From positions 2,432,001 through 2,496,000 of the forward strand of contig CBDCDC010000002.1 in assembly GCA_965215195.1 (NCBI GenBank): a stretch of 64,000 nucleotides of DNA, read 5' to 3'. A program made the translations under genes and the position numbers. Below are positions 1 to 9,165 of this stretch, piece by piece; within the stretch, counting starts at the first letter, position 1, and every line of letters starts with the position of its first letter. Source of the stretch: Candidatus Latescibacterota bacterium (lineage in GTDB: Bacteria > Latescibacterota > UBA2968 > UBA8231). Under the pieces are notes generated by a model. The model made no database searches and was not told the DNA's origin. It saw only the letters and a program-made list of their open reading frames with translations.

Positions 1-626
1 GATGCCAGAACTTTTGCAGCATCAGTGCTTGTCAGCGATTCGGTTACACGTAGGCGACGGGGCCAACCCTCCCGCGTGACCTCTACGCGGTGATACTCGG
101 GTGCGATGAGCCTTGATCGGTGAGAGCCGAAGAGCAGTAGCGGGCGGTTTGTGGGGAAAACATCCCTCGTGAGCCCCATTGATAGGAGCACGTGTTCCAG
201 TGCGGGACGCGACCGAGACAACCAGAGATCAGCCGACTCCTCGAAGAGTATATCTACGGCGTTCTCTGCTTCATATCGCTCAGACTCAGTGTCGAAACTG
301 GCGAATGGACCATCCTCGTCAAATTCAGTATTGAGACCGGCGAATGGACCATCCTCGTCAAATTCAGTATTGAGACCGGCGAATGGACCATCCTCGTCAA
401 ACTCAGTATTGAGACCGGCGGATGGACCATCATCGTCAAACTCAGTGTCGAGACCGGCGAATGGATCATCAATCTCTGGTTCAGACCCATCATCAGCGAT
501 CCCTGTATCGAAACCGGCAAGTGGATCATCGCTCGAGTCGACTACACTGGCGTCGGACAAGGCTTTCTCCAAGCCCCGTTTTCTTTTGAGAACCCGTTCC
601 CAGAGATCTGCTGTGCCTTGACTCAT
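1..626 (-). CDS. Unannotated 4th gene of the dynamin operon, N-terminal part (runs off left edge); acidic 13-aa tandem repeats
   Basis: ATG at 626 overlaps the TGA of the upstream dynamin (ATGA). Hand translation is stop-free to position 1: MSQGTADLWERVLKRKRGLEKALSDASVVDSSDDPLAGFDTGIADDGSEPEIDDPFAGLDTEFDDDGPSAGLNTEFDED(GPFAGLNTEFDED)x2 GPFASFDTESERYEAENAVDILFEESADLWLSRSRPALEHVLL... Confidence 0.85.
   Translation of the reverse strand, partial: MSQGTADLWERVLKRKRGLEKALSDASVVDSSDDPLAGFDTGIADDGSEPEIDDPFAGLDTEFDDDGPSAGLNTEFDEDGPFAGLNTEFDEDGPFAGLNTEFDEDGPFASFDTESERYEAENAVDILFEESADLWLSRSRPALEHVLLSMGLTRDVFPTNRPLLLFGSHRSRLIAPEYHRVEVTREGWPRRLRVTESLTSTDAAKVLA
284..470. repeat. 39-bp tandem repeat (~4.5 copies) encoding GPFAGLNTEFDED on the - strand
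   Basis: Unit gcgaatggaccatcctcgtcaaattcagtattgagaccg at 301, 340, 379, 418; diverged copy near 500-530. Confidence 0.95.
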
Positions 627-2989
627 AATGCCTCCAACTGTGACAATGCAGACTGAAGGGCCAAACGCATCTTCTCGTTGTTTTCGAGGGCTTCTTTGAC
701 GGCAGCTTCCCCCTGAGCCTGTTTTGCTTGCGCTTCCTTCAACGCGGCTTGAACCTCGGCCTTGATCGCACGCACACGCTCCCGCAGGTGATTCTCAAGT
801 GCTTCATGGGCGGAATCAAAACCTGCGCTCACTGCCCGGCGAATATCCGCGAAAAGAGAATCCCCATCGCGAGCGAGCAATTGGCGAGCGAGCTGGTCCA
901 CTAGTGCCGCCTTAGCCTTAGATGCTTCTTCCTCCCGCTCTATATTCTGCCGGTGTACCTCCAAACGTGCGGTTCGTTGTTCTACGCTCTCCAGTTCGGT
1001 GCGTTTTTCCCGCAGGCGTTGCTCAAAATGATCCTGCCGCAACCGAATTTTTTCTCGCTCATATCCGAGCTTGAGTATCTCATCGTCGTAGGGTTTCTTG
1101 AGCTTGAGAAACTCCTGACGAACCTCTTCGTTTTCGATTTCGACTATTTTATTTGGATGTAGATGACCGCCAATTTTTTCCCCCAAGCGTTCTCCCCACG
1201 TTTCAAGGGACAAGTTTTCGCCAATTTTCGCCAACCAACTCTGGGATCCCTGTTCTGTCGTCGTCCAGCCGCGCTTAATCGGTATATGTTGTGCGCCCGT
1301 CGCCCAGCTGCGCAGCCATTTGTTGCGAGCGGCGATGAGGCCATTGTATTTCTTGATCCCACCAATGATCTGATTACTCCGTGGTAGATTTTTCAAAAAC
1401 ATGCCGACTTTTCCACTGGTGGGAATAGGAATAGGTGCTAAGGTCAAAACCACATCGGCTATCTTTCCCACTACGCGCCCAGCTTCCTGAAATTCTCGCT
1501 TTCCTTGGTCCAGAGAAACCTTATCCTTCTGCGGCACATAGACGAGTTTATCGCGCTCCGCTTGTGTAACAGACAGCGCCCGCTGGATGTCTTCCAGCTC
1601 CTCGGTCATGGGCGCGTGTTCCTGCAATTCCTTAATTTGGCGCAATAAGTCTGCTCGGGAACGCTGCAAATTTTCGACATCTGTCGCGTCCTCACCGGCG
1701 CGATTGGCTATTGTTCCCTCTGGCAGTTCTTGTAGCCAATCCGTTGAAATTCCCATCTGCTCAAAGTGTTGGGCTGCCACGGTCTGGGCGATTTGGACAC
1801 CCGCTTGATCGAGCTGTCTCAAGCGATCTTCGGCCGTGGCAATACACGCTTTGTGCCATTGTAGGACATAGCCGCGAATGGAACCATCGGCGAATCGCTG
1901 GACTTCGTCCCGGCCCTGCAATGTAGCGATCTTTGCGGAAATGGTTTGGAGGGTCTCCTTACCGATTTCGTACATGTGATTGAACGCCTCCAAACGCAAC
2001 CGCTTACAGCGACCCTTCAATGTATTGGTGGCATCTCTGAGACCGGCCTCCTGATCGGCCCCTTCCTCGACAATATCGCGCTCTTCGCCCTTGCCTTGTT
2101 CTTTTATGGTCAAAGCCTCAGCTTCGAGAGCCGACTGCTTGAGGCGGAGAGCCGACAATTCACTCTCAATTTTCGCAATCACGCGCCCGCCAATATGGTA
2201 CGCGACCAACTGATCGCGGCGCGTTCCCGTTACTTCTGACAAAACCTGCCGAAGAGTAGCAATACCTCTCCCTTCGGTACTCGATGTCGGCAATATCTCA
2301 AGCGGCGAGATGCCGCACTCTGCGAGGCGATTGCGAAAATCGTCGATCACCCGATCTACTTCACCTGAAGGAAGTAGATCTATTTTTGTCAGCGCGATTA
2401 CGACACTCGCCGAATTGTCGCCCAAACTATCCAAGTAATCAATATCAGTTCTCCGGCTCGTACTAGTCGCGGGAATGGCTAATATCACCACTGGCGCGGT
2501 AGCGGCAGCAGCCCAAGCGCGTCCCTCCAACTCCGGCGTGTTGGTATTCATTCCGGGTGTATCCACGATACTCGCGTTCCAAGTCGCCAAATCGTCGCAT
2601 CGCAGACCGACTTCGAGGCGCGAACCGTCAGCGAGCGTTTCTTTGCCCCGCACCAGTGCGTCCCAACGTGCGTCATCTTCGCTACACTCCTCCCATTCAC
2701 CGGTATCATCATGCACCACGGCGCGATAGCCGGCTGGCGCATATTTGACCTCGACCGGGCGCGCCGTGGATTCGAGAACATCTTGGGGAAAACTCGTCGC
2801 CGTATCAGCACCAAAGATGCGAGTAACCAACGCGCTTTTTCCCGATCCGGTTTCGCCGATGATGGGAATGCTCAACGGTGCTGCGTGTGCCGCATTAGAC
2901 TCATCGCGCACATAAGCCGCCAAACGGTCCAATCCAGCCGAATCCAGTGTCTCGACGATCGCTTTCCAGCGTTCCACAGCGTTGCTCAT
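623..2989 (-). CDS. Dynamin-like GTPase (3rd)
   Basis: G1 GETGSGKS, G2 STA, G3 DTPG, G4 TKID; long coiled-coil C-terminal half with hydrophobic insert VVGKIADVVLTLAPIPIP. Confidence 0.88.
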   Translation of the reverse strand: MSNAVERWKAIVETLDSAGLDRLAAYVRDESNAAHAAPLSIPIIGETGSGKSALVTRIFGADTATSFPQDVLESTARPVEVKYAPAGYRAVVHDDTGEWEECSEDDARWDALVRGKETLADGSRLEVGLRCDDLATWNASIVDTPGMNTNTPELEGRAWAAAATAPVVILAIPATSTSRRTDIDYLDSLGDNSASVVIALTKIDLLPSGEVDRVIDDFRNRLAECGISPLEILPTSSTEGRGIATLRQVLSEVTGTRRDQLVAYHIGGRVIAKIESELSALRLKQSALEAEALTIKEQGKGEERDIVEEGADQEAGLRDATNTLKGRCKRLRLEAFNHMYEIGKETLQTISAKIATLQGRDEVQRFADGSIRGYVLQWHKACIATAEDRLRQLDQAGVQIAQTVAAQHFEQMGISTDWLQELPEGTIANRAGEDATDVENLQRSRADLLRQIKELQEHAPMTEELEDIQRALSVTQAERDKLVYVPQKDKVSLDQGKREFQEAGRVVGKIADVVLTLAPIPIPTSGKVGMFLKNLPRSNQIIGGIKKYNGLIAARNKWLRSWATGAQHIPIKRGWTTTEQGSQSWLAKIGENLSLETWGERLGEKIGGHLHPNKIVEIENEEVRQEFLKLKKPYDDEILKLGYEREKIRLRQDHFEQRLREKRTELESVEQRTARLEVHRQNIEREEEASKAKAALVDQLARQLLARDGDSLFADIRRAVSAGFDSAHEALENHLRERVRAIKAEVQAALKEAQAKQAQGEAAVKEALENNEKMRLALQSALSQLEAL

Positions 2990-2991
2990 TT

Positions 2992-5436
2992 TTACTTCTC
3001 CTCGCCAGACTCGGCGACAAAAGCCTCGTGCTTTTTATTTAATGCGTCGCCGTCTCTTGCTAGGGTCTCCAAGTCTTCTATTGCCTGCGTAATCCCTTCC
3101 TTTGCCGTGTCCCGCTCGCTCTCTTTGACTTCCTTCATAGATTGGAGCTTTGCCAACTCCTGATTGTGGTCCTTCAAAGTGGCATCGAGTTCCGCCATTG
3201 CGTTCTCGATAAAATCCGTGGCCACCTTTTCGGTCTGACCGATACAGTGCTCCACAGCGGCTTTTAGGGTTTCCTCAACGCGTTGAAAGGTGTTGACCAG
3301 TTCTCCTTTGGCTGATACCAAAGCGGATTTACGGGCTTTCCCCTTCTTTTCCCGATACTGGCTTTCTACCCGTTTCAATGCCTGCTCCTGCTTTCGCTTG
3401 AGTTCTTCCAGCTTCTCGGAGCGGCGTCTCGCCAGCACCTCGGCGTCATACTTTTCTTTCGCCTTTTCCGCTAAGCGGTCGAGTTCAGCCAATTTCTCAG
3501 CGTGCTCCGTCTGAATGTTCCTACGACACTGATCATAATGTTTTCGGTCTGTGTCATCTCTAACCGTTTCCTCATAAGATTCCTGCCCTGTTCTGGACGA
3601 CCCTATTAGGCCTCCGCCAGCTCCTCCAGCCGCTGCACCTAACAGTGCCCCTATTGGACCTCCGAGAAAAAATCCCAATACGCCTCCTGCTACACTCCCA
3701 CCAGCCGCTCCCTTTGCTCCTCCACTCGGAACTTCTCTCTGTTTTACTTCTGGATAAACTCTCACTTCGGGACGGCTGCCGAGATGTTGGAGTTCACTGT
3801 GATATTCCTCGCTCAGTTGCTGCCTTTTCTCCTTTAGGTCCTTGTAGCGATGTTCGTCTATGCCTGCTCGGGCGTCATCCAACTTCTCCAACTGTCGATC
3901 GATGTCTTCTATTTCTCGCTCGCTTTTCTTGAGCTTCGCTTCTTCGGCTCCATCGATCTTTGGTGCCTGCAACTGAAAAGTCATTTCCGGCACTTCTGGA
4001 AGGTCGAAAGTGACTTCTCCCAATTCGCTCTGGATCTGTTTCCGAATCTCTCGAGTCTGCTTACGCAACACGCGACCTACAGCGTCATTCAAAAATTTCC
4101 CCGCTTGCCTATCGAGTGCCGCCAACTTTCTGCCCGGTAAGTCGGCCAAGCGGGCACCATCATTCCAGTTATCTTTAAGTGCCTCATGAGAGTCGTAGGC
4201 GTTGAGCTCGTCTCGAATCGCTTCTAAGGCGAGTTTGCATTGCTCCTCAAAAGCCTCTTGTGCTTTCAATAATTCCTGTGATAATTCCTCGGACAGTTCA
4301 TCCGTCATGCCTTCGAGTTCGCGTTTGCGATCTTCAACAATTCGTTCCGTTTTTTCTATTTCCCGTTCGAGGCCGGATAGATCAAAGGTGCCGTCGAGAA
4401 CCTCAAGTTGCCGATTCAACTTGTCGATGAGTTTGGCGGCCTCGCTTTCAATAAACGAGAGCGGACTATGCAAGAGATCACGACCCTTGCCTCCACCAAA
4501 AAGATACCGCTCAAGGTCGTCCTCAAAGGCATCGATCCCGGACTCTTCGATCAAAGTTTTGCAAAACCGCGGATCCTCTAACTTACTCCGCTCATTCTCC
4601 GCCAAAATCGGAGTTTTCGCGTACCCAGTACGCCCGATCAGTGCCTTCGCACCGGATACGCCAAAGACGCGGCGCATCTTGGACTGATCCACGACATTCC
4701 GAATATTACCTTCCACGCGCTCCAAAACCCGGCTGACTTCACTCCTGTCAACACTGTCAATTTTGTTCACGACAAAGAACAGACGAGCGACCGCTTCTTC
4801 CACACCTTCGAGAAACTCCCGATCCGACCGGGTCATTTGCGTTTCTGCACCAAACAGAAAAATTGCCGCATTACTGCGGTCGATCTGATCGTTGGTAATC
4901 CGAATATGGTTGTGGGTCGTTGTATTCGTTCCCGGGGTATCCACGAGCAGTACGTTGTCCGCGAGGAAGCGCGATTCAACGAAGGCATCTACATGATGCA
5001 CCGAATCCGCCACCTTGTCGCTGCCGAGGGCTGAGAGCCGCGAGGTATAATCCGCGAGTTTATCAACCGGCACTTTTTCCGGTGGCCTTTCATCGGTAAA
5101 ATGGACCTCGACGTAGCCGGATGACTGATCTCTTTCTGCCTTTGGATACCGAAGAAAATTGACTGTTGCCGTACACTCAAGTACGTCCATTGTGAGTAAT
5201 TGCTTGCGCATCATTGCGTTGAGGAGCATGGATTTCCCGCGATTCATTTCGCCGACGACCACGACCACGAATTCCTCACTCTTAACCGTGTTGGCCCGTT
5301 CTTGGAAAGTCTGTGGAAGGCCGCTTGCTCTTTCATCGCCCAAGTGTGGGACGACATTCTCCATGACTGCGGCGGCTCGATTCAATAGGTCAACCACCTC
5401 GTCGCGCAATTCTGCAAACCGATCTTTGATGCTCAT
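2992..5436 (-). CDS. Dynamin-like GTPase (2nd) with glycine-zipper membrane paddle
   Basis: G1 GEMNRGKS, CTAT, DTPG, NKID; GGSVAGGVLGFFLGGPIGALLGAAAGGAGGGLIG between coiled coils. Confidence 0.9.
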   Translation of the reverse strand: MSIKDRFAELRDEVVDLLNRAAAVMENVVPHLGDERASGLPQTFQERANTVKSEEFVVVVVGEMNRGKSMLLNAMMRKQLLTMDVLECTATVNFLRYPKAERDQSSGYVEVHFTDERPPEKVPVDKLADYTSRLSALGSDKVADSVHHVDAFVESRFLADNVLLVDTPGTNTTTHNHIRITNDQIDRSNAAIFLFGAETQMTRSDREFLEGVEEAVARLFFVVNKIDSVDRSEVSRVLERVEGNIRNVVDQSKMRRVFGVSGAKALIGRTGYAKTPILAENERSKLEDPRFCKTLIEESGIDAFEDDLERYLFGGGKGRDLLHSPLSFIESEAAKLIDKLNRQLEVLDGTFDLSGLEREIEKTERIVEDRKRELEGMTDELSEELSQELLKAQEAFEEQCKLALEAIRDELNAYDSHEALKDNWNDGARLADLPGRKLAALDRQAGKFLNDAVGRVLRKQTREIRKQIQSELGEVTFDLPEVPEMTFQLQAPKIDGAEEAKLKKSEREIEDIDRQLEKLDDARAGIDEHRYKDLKEKRQQLSEEYHSELQHLGSRPEVRVYPEVKQREVPSGGAKGAAGGSVAGGVLGFFLGGPIGALLGAAAGGAGGGLIGSSRTGQESYEETVRDDTDRKHYDQCRRNIQTEHAEKLAELDRLAEKAKEKYDAEVLARRRSEKLEELKRKQEQALKRVESQYREKKGKARKSALVSAKGELVNTFQRVEETLKAAVEHCIGQTEKVATDFIENAMAELDATLKDHNQELAKLQSMKEVKESERDTAKEGITQAIEDLETLARDGDALNKKHEAFVAESGEEK

Positions 5437-7649
5437 GTTCTTTCTCCTTGGTCTTCGTTGAGAAAAGTCCCCAATGCTTCCTCAAGCGTCTTGCGAACAC
5501 CTTCTCGATTCACTCGTTCAGCATCTGCTGCACGTGCCTCTGCCCTTCTCCGCTTTATCTCGTCTGCGAGCAATTTGTGCTGTCGGTCCGCATTCTTTTT
5601 GAAGTGCTTAATGAAATCCCGTGAAATCTCCTCCAGCATTTGCTTAGCCCCCTGTTCGAGTCCATCGGGAAGTGACGCGAAAAGACCTTCCAACTCCCTT
5701 CGGGTACTTGCCTTAAGCTGTGCTTGTCGGGTTTTTATGCCCGCCTGACGATACCTCTCCCTTTCTTCTGCCAGACGGGCCTCTGCCCGCCTCAGACGTG
5801 CTTTGGTGTTGTCAGCGTCTCGCTGCAATTTTGGGAGTTCACCTCTGGCCTTTTGCATCTCTGTCCGCATATTTTTGAGAGGCGCGATCTTCCGTTCTAA
5901 ATCGGAAACCTTCTTATCCGCCGCCTTGAATTTGCGTTCCCATTCCTCCACGCGGCTGTAGTCTTTGCGTTGCCGCTGCACCGCGACCTCCTCTTCTTTG
6001 GGACCAAGTAGCCAGTCTAGGAAGCCTAATCCACCACGCTTTACTTTTTTCGTCTCGTATGCAGTGTAATTTTCCACTTTTGGAGTTGGTTTCGGCCCGA
6101 GTTGCGTTCTATTTCGCACAGCCTTTTTGCGTTGCGTCTCTAAATTCTCTAACTGAGCAGACTGTCTCTTAAGTGTTTCGATCTCTGCCTCTCGCATTTG
6201 CACAGCCCGCTCGCACCTTGCGACCTCCCTCTTCAGCCTACCAATTTCGTCCTCGCGGCGGCTTAACACCTCACTCGCTTTGTCGGCGTGCTGTTTCAAT
6301 ACCGCCGTATCTATATCTAATTGAATGGAAACCTTCCCGACATTTAACGGAGCGACCGCTCTCACTTCGAGGTCATAGGCCAATCGACGCGCTGCTGCTT
6401 CCAACAGTCGGGAGACTCTGTTAAAAATAGATTTTTGCATTCTTCCTTTAAGCCATTCAGACACGTTCTTTTGCGCTAGATCTAGATTTTCTTGTTCGAG
6501 CAACTCAGCCCCTAGCCCATCGACAAACCCCATCATCTCTCGTTCAATTTGGAATTTCTCTTTGTCCAAAAAGCCAGAGAGGATCCTCAATTCCTCCATC
6601 AGAGTTTCTCGTGCCAATTGGAGAGTTTTCTCTAGTGAGTTTTGTAGGTTTTCTTCGGCTTCTTTGAGCTGCTTTTTCGCTTCCTCCAATTCCCTTTCGG
6701 CCCCGCACTCTTTCTCAATTTTTTTGATGCGTTCGATCTCCGCCTTGCAAATTTCGCGCAAGAGTAATAATGGATGCCTTCGTAGTGCCGAAGTCGGATC
6801 CTCTAAAGCACTCTTCCGCAGATCGTGCTTAAAGCGGACCTCTTCGTTCTCTAGTTCCTGCTCGCCCTCACAGTAAGCACCACCTTCGAAAGCGCGTTTG
6901 GCAGAGAGCGTATAAATGTCTTCGCGAGGAAGATCGGGAACTCTCCGGCGAAGTTCCTCTCTAAACTGCTCAAACTCATCGCCCATCTTTGCGTATTGAT
7001 CGCACTTGTTGATGACAACCATGACGCGGTCGGCAATGGACCGTGCCTTTTTGATCAACTCGGCATCGCTCTTGCGCCCAATCCCATCGACAGGAACCAC
7101 GACAATGGTCACATGGGACATACCAAGCTGGTGCATGCTCCGCGCTTCCAATTCTGTATTGCCATTGAGTCCAGGCGTATCCACGAGCACAAGGCCGGTT
7201 AGTTGCCTCTCGCTTTCTACGGGCAGTGCAACCTCGACTCGTTCAATGGTCTCCCAAGCATCTTCATCAAGGGTGGTCCGGGCACTGACTTCGGAAAGGG
7301 GCATGGCGTCCGTATCGCCATTCGCATAAACGACGGTGGCCGGTCGATTCTCATCAAAGCTCTCTTCGTCGCTCCACCGAACCCAAGTCGGCACGGCCGT
7401 ACACTCCAATTGGTCGGTCGCAAGCAGGTCTTCTCCGATGAAAGCGTTGAGGAGGGTGGATTTTCCCGTGTTGAACTCGCCCATCACGGTGATGCAAAGG
7501 CGTTGTTGTTCAAAATGCACGAGCGAACTCTCGAAAGCCCTTTGGTCGCGCTCGCGGTCTTCAAGGCCTTCAAGAGCTTTCCAAATCGGCTCGGCCTGCC
7601 GACGCAAAGCAGCCGTCTCAGCCTTCAACGTTTCTCGCGAAATCCTCAT
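5433..7649 (-). CDS. Dynamin-like GTPase (1st)
   Basis: G1 GEFNTGKS, CTAVPT, DTPG, NKCD; amphipathic RGGLGFLDWLLG. Start moved to ATG 7649 (MRISRE) because of an AAGGAG SD. Confidence 0.9.
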   Translation of the reverse strand: MRISRETLKAETAALRRQAEPIWKALEGLEDRERDQRAFESSLVHFEQQRLCITVMGEFNTGKSTLLNAFIGEDLLATDQLECTAVPTWVRWSDEESFDENRPATVVYANGDTDAMPLSEVSARTTLDEDAWETIERVEVALPVESERQLTGLVLVDTPGLNGNTELEARSMHQLGMSHVTIVVVPVDGIGRKSDAELIKKARSIADRVMVVINKCDQYAKMGDEFEQFREELRRRVPDLPREDIYTLSAKRAFEGGAYCEGEQELENEEVRFKHDLRKSALEDPTSALRRHPLLLLREICKAEIERIKKIEKECGAERELEEAKKQLKEAEENLQNSLEKTLQLARETLMEELRILSGFLDKEKFQIEREMMGFVDGLGAELLEQENLDLAQKNVSEWLKGRMQKSIFNRVSRLLEAAARRLAYDLEVRAVAPLNVGKVSIQLDIDTAVLKQHADKASEVLSRREDEIGRLKREVARCERAVQMREAEIETLKRQSAQLENLETQRKKAVRNRTQLGPKPTPKVENYTAYETKKVKRGGLGFLDWLLGPKEEEVAVQRQRKDYSRVEEWERKFKAADKKVSDLERKIAPLKNMRTEMQKARGELPKLQRDADNTKARLRRAEARLAEERERYRQAGIKTRQAQLKASTRRELEGLFASLPDGLEQGAKQMLEEISRDFIKHFKKNADRQHKLLADEIKRRRAEARAADAERVNREGVRKTLEEALGTFLNEDQGERT

Positions 7650-7766
7650 TTTAGTACACTCCTTGATTGCGGATGTACTAGGGCCGTAGGCTATGTATTT
7701 ATTGTAAGAACTTGGATCAGCGAGGTGCTGACATCGCCCTGACGGCTCCCGAGGGAGCCGGGCAGT

Positions 7767-7896
7767 GTCGTAGTCGCGCAAATTGATGCGGGAATCCTAC
7801 CTATTTACTCAGCGGTTGGAAGCTATCCAACCGTTTCAGAATGAGCTCTTGTATTCAGCAGGCCACCCGACATAGGACGACTTGCGCTACTACGAC
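7767..7896. repeat. 130-bp segment bounded by 15-bp inverted repeats, upstream of the dynamin operon
   Basis: gtcgtagtcgcgcaa (7767) vs ttgcgctactacgac (7882-7896), 13/15 complementary; internal hairpin cggttgga-agcta-tccaaccg. Confidence 0.55.
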
Positions 7897-7972
7897 GGCA
7901 TTGAATATACGCCATAAATTCAGGAATACAAGGGAGAAAATCGACGCCATGCCGCTGCGCGTACCGTGCTAA

Positions 7973-8130
7973 GAAGCCGTCTGCTTCACCGCGCCTTTAG
8001 GCGTGACAAACCCCTGTCGGGCTGCTTTGCAAGGCGATCCAGCGACCTCGGCGTCCGGCGTTGTTCGAGGGCGAGACGCCCTCGATCCCAGCGGCTTGGA
8101 GTCAAGGCCGAGAGCGAAACCTTAGCTTTT
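7973..8130. mobile_element. MITE family A copy (IS5/IS1031-like end) with REP-like palindrome
   Basis: TAA|GAAGCCGTCTG end; 7973-8012 is an inverted copy of 10343-10382; 8026-8122 is an inverted copy of ~51759-51855; contains GAGGGC-GAGAC-GCCCTC. Confidence 0.75.
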
Positions 8131-8153
8131 GCAGGGTAGGGGTCTAGCGCAGA

Positions 8154-9143
8154 CTACGACTCCCAAGGAACGGGCACAGCGATCTCTGTGGCGATGCACT
8201 GCAACATGCCGAGATGTTCTTCGGCCAGTGGGATGCCGCTTTGCACGTGTGCTTGTTCGCGTTGCCATTCCAAGCTGCCGGGAACTTCGGCGCTTGCCAA
8301 GCCCGGCATGGGGTTCAGCGACCGGCTCTCGCGCAAAATGCGAGCAATCTCTGCCTTATAAGCCTCCAAATCGCCCAACCGCGCCACATCAATCGCCACA
8401 ATCGTGAACCCCCGCGTGGCACTTGCAAATGTTGGGTTGTGCGATTCAGGCGTCGCCGTGCCCGCTAAAATGCCCGCCAAGAACCACGACGTAAATCGCA
8501 TTCCCAAACTCTTAAAAACAAAATCTGGAAATGTCAGCAATGCTTCGGGAAGTTTGCTGCGGTCCTTCAACATGTTCGCATTCATATCCAGTACAAACGG
8601 CGGATCTTCTGCCGTTGGAATGCCAAAACACATCGGCGGAGAATGCATCGCATCCCATACCGTTGCATTGGGGCACGTCGGCTTTTCCCAAGCGATACCT
8701 CCTGCTACACAAAAGGTCGCCAAGTCGCGTGTTAGTGCTAGTCGCGCATAAATCCCCACGCTGCCCACATGGCCGTGATTGCGCGTACACGCAACGGCAA
8801 TGCCATTTGCTTTCGCCTTTTCAATGACGGCCTCTGTCGCCCGCGTTGCCACCAAGTAACCCGCACCACCGTCGCCGTCAAAAATCGCCATTGAAGGAGC
8901 ATCCATGATTTGGGCAATCTCGGGTTGTGGGTTAATACGCCCCTCGCGAAACTCAGCCACATACCGTTGCAACTGGCGCGTACCGTGGGAGACCACTCCG
9001 CGCAAATCCACCTCCACCAGATAGCGCGCAATCAACGCAGCATCGCCGTCGGGCAAGTGGACTTTGCACAGTACTTCGGTGGCAAAATCGCGCAACAGAT
9101 CAGGCATAATGCGCTTGGCGTCTTTGGGAATACAAACAGGCAT
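8154..9143 (-). CDS. Ldh_2 family (malate/L-lactate/ureidoglycolate dehydrogenase-like) oxidoreductase
   Basis: DLRGVVSHG, DGDGGAG, RNHGHVG, C-terminal VPGSLE..GIPL motifs. Confidence 0.85.
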   Translation of the reverse strand: MPVCIPKDAKRIMPDLLRDFATEVLCKVHLPDGDAALIARYLVEVDLRGVVSHGTRQLQRYVAEFREGRINPQPEIAQIMDAPSMAIFDGDGGAGYLVATRATEAVIEKAKANGIAVACTRNHGHVGSVGIYARLALTRDLATFCVAGGIAWEKPTCPNATVWDAMHSPPMCFGIPTAEDPPFVLDMNANMLKDRSKLPEALLTFPDFVFKSLGMRFTSWFLAGILAGTATPESHNPTFASATRGFTIVAIDVARLGDLEAYKAEIARILRESRSLNPMPGLASAEVPGSLEWQREQAHVQSGIPLAEEHLGMLQCIATEIAVPVPWES

Positions 9144-9165
9144 GAAAGTCTCCTATCTACGACCG

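Noticed and set aside
284-470. Possible CRISPR array
   Set aside because: Head-to-tail repeats with no unique spacers, length a multiple of 3, inside a coding frame; no cas genes. The same applies to 17600-17975 and 59341-59734.
151-656. + strand repeat ORFs 151-621 and 192-656, and - strand ORF 254-529
   Set aside because: Shadows of the 39-bp repeat. The frame starting at 626 is coupled to the dynamin operon and is the better gene.
7650-7781. N-terminal extension of the first dynamin in the ORF track
   Set aside because: TTG start inside the inverted-repeat region; the SD supports ATG 7649.
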